Below are positions 57,836-64,000 of a stretch of DNA of 64,000 nucleotides, one piece after another. Position 1 is the stretch's first letter, and each line of letters starts with the position of its first letter. The DNA lies in NCBI GenBank assembly GCA_010092885.1, contig JAADYX010000017.1, positions 9,764 through 73,763 of the forward strand, given 5' to 3'. The notes under the pieces are model-generated. The model saw only the letters and a list, made by a program, of their open reading frames with translations. It was not told where the DNA came from and ran no database searches. Source of the stretch: Chloroflexota bacterium. Lineage in GTDB: Bacteria; Chloroflexota; Anaerolineae; Aggregatilineales; UBA3940. Position numbers and translations under genes: made by a program.

Positions 57836-59826
57836 TCCTTCAGCAGCACCACGTCATCAACCACATACTGTCCGTTGTTGATGGAAGCGCCCAACTTGAT
57901 ATTCAACGTGTCGTAGTCAAACGTGGTTGTAAACGGGCAGGTTACCTGCGTCATGGGTGTGGTACCTGTGATGTTGAAGGTGCACAGCTGCGTGCCGATC
58001 TCATCAGTCACATTGTTGGACCATGCCGCGAGTACACCCTGTACAGATGAGCCGAAGACCCCTTCACTGCTGACCCAGTACGTCAGGGTATAGCTGTCGC
58101 CCGCCACACCGGCGATCACCGGGATGGTTTGCTCAACGGCTTCAATCACGCCTGTGCTCTCAAACACCATGACACATGTTCCATCAACCGGACTCGGCGC
58201 GTCGCAGTCTGTATCACTCACGAAGAGGAACTGCGATGCTTCAACATCGATCCGCACGCGCCCGATCTGGTTCCAGTCGTCAAATCCGTCCTCAAAGCTA
58301 GCATTGCGCATCAGGTTGCCGGTGAAGGTCACTGTCCACGTGAACACGGTCGAGTCCGATGCGTTCTTGTCATCGGTAGCGGTTACCACAACCTCGTAAA
58401 CACCCCCAGCGTCGGCTTCCAGAACGCCGCTGATCAGCCCTGTGTTCTCGTCAATCAATACCCCTTCTGGCAGATTGTCTGCTGAATACAACAGGGGGTC
58501 ATCATCGGGGTCAACGGCCTCAACCTGAAAACTGACCGCGTCGCCCTCCGCATCGGTGCGGTCTGGCAGCGGTGTGACCACCGGACTGCGGTTGACCGGA
58601 TTCACGATCCAGCTGAAGGTGCCCGTCGTCGTGCGAGCGGGTGCGCCATCGTCGGTGACAGTGATCTCAACAGAGTAGATACCTGCTGTGTCAAACCCCA
58701 AATCCCCTGTGATCAGGCCGGTGTCCGGATCAATAGTGAGCCCGGCAGGCAAACCTGAAGCCGCGAAAGCAAGATCATCATCTTCCGGATCGGTGGCGGT
58801 AACCAGCACAGCGATGCCTGTGTCGCCCTCATTGTTCTCCTGGTCAACCAACGGATCAAGCACCGGGGCTTCGTTGGTACCATCCACCATGAAGTACTCG
58901 AAGGCGTAGTCGATTGTATCCTCCGGATCAGCGTTGCGATGGCTGCCAAACACGCCCGCAAAACTGACCGGGCCTGTGGTGCCGTCGGGCAGGGTCACAC
59001 CGGCGAAGTATCCATCTGAGACGATGACAGAGTCATTGGCTGGTGTATCGGAGTCGACAATCTGTGTGAAGGTTGTGCCGTCAAGACTGTAGAAGCCGGT
59101 TGCTCGCCCAGTGGCCGGATCAATAACCATGCGCAGCGTGATCACCTGTGTATTGATGGCATCACTGATGGTAGCCGTATCAATGCTGAAATAAGTCAGA
59201 TCAGCCCCGATACGGCGCTCGCTGCTCAGTTCGACCTTGGCTGCCGAATTGCCGGAGCCATCATATGACTCGCCCGTCTTGATGATCACAAGCTTGACGT
59301 AGTTGTCCTCGTCAGCACCGACCCACAAGCCACCCTGCTGGGAGTTGTTCGTGCCCGGGGCCATATCCGGCATCACGATTTGGGTTTCCACCACCAGCGG
59401 AATGCTTGGGTCAACAGCCACACCTAACCCGTTTACCAACGAGTTGCCTGCCGGATCGAGCGCGAGGTCGCGGATCTGAAGGCCTTTCGTGCTGGTGATC
59501 ACGAGATCGCCGCCGCTGATACTCAACTTCTCGGATGCAAAGCCCGGCACCTGGGGGTCATCAGGTGTGGGATAGTCCGGCACACCAGTTGGGTTTGAGG
59601 GCGGATCGACCATCGTGAAGCCTGTATCTGTGATCTCAGCTACCGGGGCATCCGGCCCTTCCCACTCAACTGTGTAAGGCAGTTCCACCGGAAGCTGATC
59701 GCAAGTCAGCACGGAGTATGGATAGCATGAGTCCGGTGCGGCCTGACCACGCAGCGTCAGGATGCCTGCCAGAAACACGAGCATTGCTACCGGAATTGTC
59801 GTAATAAGACGGCGAGGAGTAGTCAT
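57832..59826 (-). CDS. Secreted multidomain surface protein: LamG/ConA-like region, two cadherin-like Ig repeats, C-terminal jelly-roll (CBM-like) module
   Basis: Signal/anchor helix ITTIPVAMLVFLAGILTL. Tandem repeats (see repeat feature). The C-terminal ~160 aa begin NASFEDGFDDWNQIG. Confidence 0.7.
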   Translation of the reverse strand: MTTPRRLITTIPVAMLVFLAGILTLRGQAAPDSCYPYSVLTCDQLPVELPYTVEWEGPDAPVAEITDTGFTMVDPPSNPTGVPDYPTPDDPQVPGFASEKLSISGGDLVITSTKGLQIRDLALDPAGNSLVNGLGVAVDPSIPLVVETQIVMPDMAPGTNNSQQGGLWVGADEDNYVKLVIIKTGESYDGSGNSAAKVELSSERRIGADLTYFSIDTATISDAINTQVITLRMVIDPATGRATGFYSLDGTTFTQIVDSDTPANDSVIVSDGYFAGVTLPDGTTGPVSFAGVFGSHRNADPEDTIDYAFEYFMVDGTNEAPVLDPLVDQENNEGDTGIAVLVTATDPEDDDLAFAASGLPAGLTIDPDTGLITGDLGFDTAGIYSVEITVTDDGAPARTTTGTFSWIVNPVNRSPVVTPLPDRTDAEGDAVSFQVEAVDPDDDPLLYSADNLPEGVLIDENTGLISGVLEADAGGVYEVVVTATDDKNASDSTVFTWTVTFTGNLMRNASFEDGFDDWNQIGRVRIDVEASQFLFVSDTDCDAPSPVDGTCVMVFESTGVIEAVEQTIPVIAGVAGDSYTLTYWVSSEGVFGSSVQGVLAAWSNNVTDEIGTQLCTFNITGTTPMTQVTCPFTTTFDYDTLNIKLGASINNGQYVVDDVVLLKD
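58324..58875 (-). repeat. Two tandem ~92-aa cadherin-like / putative-Ig domain repeats inside the surface protein gene
   Basis: Repeat 1 (58597-58875) and repeat 2 (58324-58596) share N-x-x-PV..PL.D....EGD....V.A.DP.DD.L.(F/Y).A..LP.G..ID..TGLI.G.L..D..G.Y.V...(V/A)TDD. Confidence 0.6.
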
Positions 59827-59919
59827 GGTGTGCCCCTGTTACACAATTGTTATCTAGTTCAATACTATAGATCTTCAGAAATAAAAGCCAGACCCCATGG
59901 CGAATTTTGGGCGAAAGAA

Positions 59920-59936
59920 TCATGAAAATTTCATGA
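59920..59936. promoter_or_regulatory. Perfect 8-1-8 inverted repeat TCATGAAA-A-TTTCATGA, candidate operator upstream of the gap promoter
   Basis: Read directly from the sequence. Its centre at 59928 lies about 43 nt upstream of the -10 hexamer at 59971. Confidence 0.35.
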
Positions 59937-59967
59937 AGGCCACTGTGCCAATTTTAGAGGTGTCATC

Positions 59968-59976
59968 TGGTATAAT
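59968..59976 (+). promoter_or_regulatory. Consensus extended -10 promoter TGgTATAAT of the gap-pgk operon
   Basis: TG at 59968-59969, TATAAT at 59971-59976. AGGAG SD at 60008-60012. ATG at 60018. Confidence 0.5.
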
Positions 59977-60017
59977 AGGGTTGGACCCTCACACACGAAC
60001 AACTCACAGGAGTGAAT

Positions 60018-61034
60018 ATGACTATCAAAGTTGGTGTGAACGGCTTCGGGCGCATCGGGCGTCAGGTCGTGAAGATCATGAAGATGCACTACGATAACGA
60101 TTTCGACATCGTGGCCTTTAACGATCTTGGCAATCTTGAAACGATGGCTCATCTGTTCAAATATGATACGGTCTATGGCTCTTACAAAGGATCGGTTGAA
60201 GTTACCGACAGCGGTCTGGTGATCGACGGTGACGAGATCAAAGCTCTTTCTGAGCGTGACCCGGCTCAGCTGGGGTGGGGCGATCTGGGTGTGGACCTTG
60301 TGATTGAGTCCACGGGACTGTTCCGCTCGCGCGATGATGCCGCCAAGCATCTGGAAGCCGGTGCAAAGAAGGTCATCATCAGTGCCCCCGGCAAGAACCC
60401 CGATCTGACAGTGGTGCTCGGCGTCAACGAAGACGACTACAAAGCCGACGAGCACGACGTCGTATCCAACGCCAGCTGCACCACCAACGCGCTGGCCCCC
60501 GTGGCGAAAGTCCTACAGGATGCGTTCGGCATCAACCGCGGGGTACTCAACACCATTCACTCAATCACCAGCACACAGAACCTGGTCGACGGCCCCCACA
60601 AGGACCTGCGCCGTGCGCGTTCTGCCTACGAGAATATCATCCCGACCTCAACCGGCGCGGCGAAGGCTGTCGGTCTTGTCCTGCCTGAGCTGGAAGGTCG
60701 CTTTGACGGTTTCGCGCTGCGTGTGCCTACACCAACGGTCTCCGTGGTGGACTTCGTAGCCCTGCTCGAACAGGATGTCACGACGGACGCACTCCACGAG
60801 GCGTTTACGACCGCAGCCAACGGCCCGATGGAAGGCATTCTTAAGGTCAACACCGAGCCGCTCGTCAGTTCTGACCTGATCGGCAGCATGCATTCAAGCA
60901 TCGTGGATGCCGAATTCACGTTCGCGGTCGGCGGTGAAGGGCCTATGGTCAAGGTTGTGGCCTGGTATGACAACGAATGGGGTTATTCGGTACGCACCGT
61001 CGATCTGGCCAAGTTCATGGGAGACAAACTCTAA
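60018..61034 (+). CDS. gap: Glyceraldehyde-3-phosphate dehydrogenase
   Basis: [15 protein letters not shown], catalytic [17 protein letters not shown]. Confidence 0.95.
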   Translation: MTIKVGVNGFGRIGRQVVKIMKMHYDNDFDIVAFNDLGNLETMAHLFKYDTVYGSYKGSVEVTDSGLVIDGDEIKALSERDPAQLGWGDLGVDLVIESTGLFRSRDDAAKHLEAGAKKVIISAPGKNPDLTVVLGVNEDDYKADEHDVVSNASCTTNALAPVAKVLQDAFGINRGVLNTIHSITSTQNLVDGPHKDLRRARSAYENIIPTSTGAAKAVGLVLPELEGRFDGFALRVPTPTVSVVDFVALLEQDVTTDALHEAFTTAANGPMEGILKVNTEPLVSSDLIGSMHSSIVDAEFTFAVGGEGPMVKVVAWYDNEWGYSVRTVDLAKFMGDKL

Positions 61035-61038
61035 CACG

Positions 61039-62229
61039 ATGGACAAGAAAACTATTCGCGATGTGGATCTGACCGATCAGCGTGTGCTCGTCCGGGTGGA
61101 TTTTAACGTGCCACTTGACGATGGCACCGTCACGGATGACAACCGTATCCGGGCTGCGGTGCCCACCATACGCGCCATCCTTGATGAAAAGCCGCGGGCT
61201 GTCATCCTGATGTCTCACCTTGGGCGTCCGAAAGGCGAACGTAAGCCCGAGCTCTCGCTTAAGCCGGTAGCCCCTGTTCTGCAAGACCTGCTCGGCGAAG
61301 AGGTGCATTTCGTCGAAGACACCATCGGCGATCAGGCCAAGCAGGCCATCGAGGAACTGCCGCGCGGTGGAGTGCTCCTGCTGGAAAACACTCGCTTCTA
61401 TCCGGGTGAGAAGAAAAATGATCCGGACTTCTCAGCACAGCTGGCCGAGCTCGGCGATATCTTCGTCAATGATGCTTTTGGCTCATCGCACCGGGCACAT
61501 GCCAGTGTGGTCGGTGTAGCTGACCACATGGCTGCGGTCGGCGGGCTGCTCATGGAAAAAGAGATCGAGTTTCTCAACAATGCCCTCGCTGACCCGGGCA
61601 GACCGTATGTCGCCATTCTTGGCGGTGCGAAGATCTCTGACAAGATCGGTGTCATCGAGCGTCTGTTGGAAACCGCTGATCTCATCCTGATCGGCGGCGG
61701 GATGGCCAACACCTTTTTCGCCGCGCAGGATATCCCCGTTGCGGAGTCACTGGTGGAGGAAGACGCAGTCGATACAGCCAAACAGCTAATGGAGCAGGGC
61801 CTTGACAAGCTGGTGCTGCCCACGGATGCTGTGATCGCTGATGCGTTCGAGGCTGATGCCAACAGCAGAACCATCGATGTGATGGACGGCGGTGTGCCAG
61901 ACGGGTGGCGCATCCTTGATATCGGTGAGGCGACAATAGCCCTGTTCAACGAGAAGCTTCAGGGGGCGCAGACTGTCGCGTGGAACGGCCCGATGGGCGT
62001 CTTTGAGCTGGAGCCTTTCGCAAAAGGCACATTCGCGGTAGCCCAAACCTGCGCTGAGCTGGCACAGGCCGGCGCGACCGTTGTCATCGGCGGCGGGGAC
62101 TCGGCCAGTGCAGTACGCGAAGCCGGACTTTCTGACAAAGTCACACACGTGAGCACAGGCGGTGGGGCCAGCCTCGAGCTGATGGAAGGCAAAGAGCTGC
62201 CTGGCCTGGCGGCTCTCAACGACAAGTAA
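61039..62229 (+). CDS. pgk: Phosphoglycerate kinase
   Basis: Start at [26 protein letters not shown], 4 nt after the gap stop. [27 protein letters not shown]. Confidence 0.95.
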   Translation: MDKKTIRDVDLTDQRVLVRVDFNVPLDDGTVTDDNRIRAAVPTIRAILDEKPRAVILMSHLGRPKGERKPELSLKPVAPVLQDLLGEEVHFVEDTIGDQAKQAIEELPRGGVLLLENTRFYPGEKKNDPDFSAQLAELGDIFVNDAFGSSHRAHASVVGVADHMAAVGGLLMEKEIEFLNNALADPGRPYVAILGGAKISDKIGVIERLLETADLILIGGGMANTFFAAQDIPVAESLVEEDAVDTAKQLMEQGLDKLVLPTDAVIADAFEADANSRTIDVMDGGVPDGWRILDIGEATIALFNEKLQGAQTVAWNGPMGVFELEPFAKGTFAVAQTCAELAQAGATVVIGGGDSASAVREAGLSDKVTHVSTGGGASLELMEGKELPGLAALNDK

Positions 62230-62238
62230 TCCGTCAGA

Positions 62239-62264
62239 GGGGGCCGGGTCACCGGTCCCCTTTT
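62239..62264 (+). terminator. Intrinsic terminator directly after pgk
   Basis: 9-bp stem GGGGGCCGG / CCGGTCCCC (one G-U pair), loop GTCA, then TTTT. Confidence 0.65.
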
Positions 62265-62281
62265 GGTTCCCCTTGGGTGAC

Positions 62282-62290
62282 TGGTATACT
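62282..62290 (+). promoter_or_regulatory. Extended -10 promoter TGgTATACT for the kinase-tpiA unit
   Basis: TG at 62282-62283, TATACT at 62285-62290. GGAGG at 62298-62302. ATG at 62310. Confidence 0.45.
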
Positions 62291-62309
62291 CACAGGCGGA
62301 GGAACCTCA

Positions 62310-63473
62310 ATGAGCTATGAACCCGGCCAGTATATCGGCCCCTATCGAATTAGTGAACAACTGGGTCAGGGGGGTATGGCATCGGTCTATAAGGCCTACC
62401 ATGAACGCCTCGACCGCTATGTGGCCCTTAAAGTCCTGCATCCGGCCCTTAAGCAGGAAGAGAACTTCGCTGCCCGCTTCCTGCGAGAAGCCCAGATGAT
62501 TGCCAAGCTGGATCATCCGAACATCGTCACTGTGTATGACTATGACGAGTACGGTCACGATCCCTACCTGGTAATGCGCTACATTGACGGGCAGACACTC
62601 AAGGGGTGGTTGAAGCGGCAAACACCCGACGTTGACCAGATCACGGATATCGTGATGAGTGTGGGGGGTGCGCTCTCCTACGCGCACAAACATGGCATCC
62701 TGCACCGCGATATCAAACCCTCGAACATCATGATTGATCGTGACAGCCGTATCTACCTGACCGACTTCGGTCTGGCCCGCATGGTCACCGCCTCGGAGAG
62801 CACACTTTCACGCGATATGATGCTCGGCACGCCGCAGTATATCTCCCCTGAACAGGCTATGGGTGATCGCAACCTTGACGAGCGCACCGACATTTACTCG
62901 CTGGGCGTGGTCATCTACGAGCTGATTGTCGGGCGGGTGCCATTCAATGCGGATACACCGTTCGCCATTGTGCATGACCATATCTTTACGCCGCTGCCCA
63001 GCCCGACATTGGTCAACCCGGAGGTGCCGCCTTCCATTGAGCAGTTTCTGGTAAAGGCGCTGGCCAAGAAACGCGAGGAACGCCATGCTTCAGTAGACAG
63101 TTTGCTGGAGCACTTCCAACAGGCCGTAAACGAAGCCGGGCGTGACGCGATCTATGCCGCGTCGCAGGTCGCCCCTGCACCGATCCCGATGAGGCGGCAG
63201 GCCGCGCCGGATGTGGGCGAAGCAGAGATGATGTATGCTCCCGAGCCCGACTATTACGACGAGTCAGCCCCCGGCTACGAATCCGCCTCGGTGCGTATAA
63301 CAAACAGCCGCCAGCGGCGGCCGGGCCTGTGGGCGCTGGTTGGTTTGGTACTGCTCATCATCACCCTGATCGGCGGTGGCTACTACTTCTTCACTGTGAT
63401 CAGTGGTGAAATTGACGCGGTCCGGTCCCTTCAAGAAGGGTCGCACCGTATCGTCGAAACACACACCCTCTAA
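62310..63473 (+). CDS. Hanks-type Ser/Thr protein kinase with one C-terminal TM helix and a ~27-aa tail
   Basis: GQGGMASVYKA, VALKVL, HRDIKPSNIM, DFGLA, GTPQYISPE. TM LWALVGLVLLIITLIGGGYYFF. No PASTA or other sensor domain. Confidence 0.9.
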   Translation: MSYEPGQYIGPYRISEQLGQGGMASVYKAYHERLDRYVALKVLHPALKQEENFAARFLREAQMIAKLDHPNIVTVYDYDEYGHDPYLVMRYIDGQTLKGWLKRQTPDVDQITDIVMSVGGALSYAHKHGILHRDIKPSNIMIDRDSRIYLTDFGLARMVTASESTLSRDMMLGTPQYISPEQAMGDRNLDERTDIYSLGVVIYELIVGRVPFNADTPFAIVHDHIFTPLPSPTLVNPEVPPSIEQFLVKALAKKREERHASVDSLLEHFQQAVNEAGRDAIYAASQVAPAPIPMRRQAAPDVGEAEMMYAPEPDYYDESAPGYESASVRITNSRQRRPGLWALVGLVLLIITLIGGGYYFFTVISGEIDAVRSLQEGSHRIVETHTL

Positions 63474-63490
63474 ACGCAAGGAGAACGCCA

Positions 63491-64000
63491 ATGCCTACGC
63501 CCTTCCTCGCTGGCAACTGGAAAATGAACAAGACCATCGACGAAGCTCTCGCTTTTGTTGAAGCAGTCAAAGGACCGCTTGAAGCCATCGACGCAGTGGA
63601 CTACGGGATCTGTGCACCGTTCACAGCGCTGGCCCCTCTGCACGATGCTGTGGCCGGTACACGGATCAAGCTGGGCGCACAGAATATGTATTGGGAAGAG
63701 TCCGGCGCGTTCACCGGTGAGATCTCGCCCCTGATGCTCAAAGGCCTGTGTGAGAACGTCGTTATTGGCCATTCGGAGAGGCGTCAGTACTTCGGGGAAA
63801 CCGATGAGACGGTCAACCGGAAGATCAAAGCCGCGCTGGAGCATGGCTTGCAACCCATCGTGTGCGTGGGTGAGAATCTTGAGCAGAACGAGGCAGAACA
63901 AACTGAAGAGGTTGTCAGCACACAGGTGCGCGGGGCCTTTGCCGATCTCAGAGAGGATCAGGTGCGCGATATTGTCATCGCCTATGAGCCCATCTGGGCG
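63491..64000 (+). CDS. tpiA: Triosephosphate isomerase (3' end beyond window)
   Basis: MPTPFLAGNWKMNKT, VIGHSERR, and IAYEPIWA at the window edge. AAGGAG SD. Starts 17 nt after the kinase stop. The frame is open to nt 64000. Confidence 0.9.
   Translation, partial: MPTPFLAGNWKMNKTIDEALAFVEAVKGPLEAIDAVDYGICAPFTALAPLHDAVAGTRIKLGAQNMYWEESGAFTGEISPLMLKGLCENVVIGHSERRQYFGETDETVNRKIKAALEHGLQPIVCVGENLEQNEAEQTEEVVSTQVRGAFADLREDQVRDIVIAYEPIWA

Overview
High-GC, densely coding bacterial chromosomal window with about 58 protein genes. I found no rRNA, tRNA, CRISPR array, IS/transposase, integrase, prophage or recognisable defence genes. Housekeeping genes identified from catalytic motifs: recN, nadK, pyrG, dprA, queA, ruvB, gpmI, yvcK-like, gap, pgk and tpiA (3' partial). 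There are also HtrA-type proteases, an SRAP peptidase, an R2lox-like di-metal protein, a GH1 beta-glucosidase, a GT28 glycolipid synthase-like gene, a giant S8 subtilase, two M23 peptidases and PD40 propeller lipoproteins. Protein style (Pro/Thr/Glu-rich lipoprotein linkers) and gene content suggest a Chloroflexota-like monoderm organism. That placement is inference only. The stand-out is a 15.7 kb, 16-gene, translationally coupled operon (15057-30769). It encodes ten glycosyltransferase-like proteins, a Wzm/Wzt ABC exporter whose Wzt carries a C-terminal glycan-recognition domain, three sulfotransferases of two sequence classes, and one unknown protein. I read it as a candidate pathway for a sulfated surface glycopolymer. 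Other points worth a second look:
- a 1058-aa APC permease-USP-USP-DUF389 fusion coupled to a TPR protein
- a Hanks Ser/Thr kinase sitting between pgk and tpiA, behind its own terminator and promoter
- a promoter-plus-terminator leader in front of pyrG
- a perfect 8-1-8 palindrome upstream of gap
- a recurrent TGnTAnnnT extended -10 motif, with two leaderless-looking starts
- a degenerate response-regulator receiver domain
- an MFS transporter with a large soluble insertion
All calls rest on by-eye motif recognition. No database search or computation was run.
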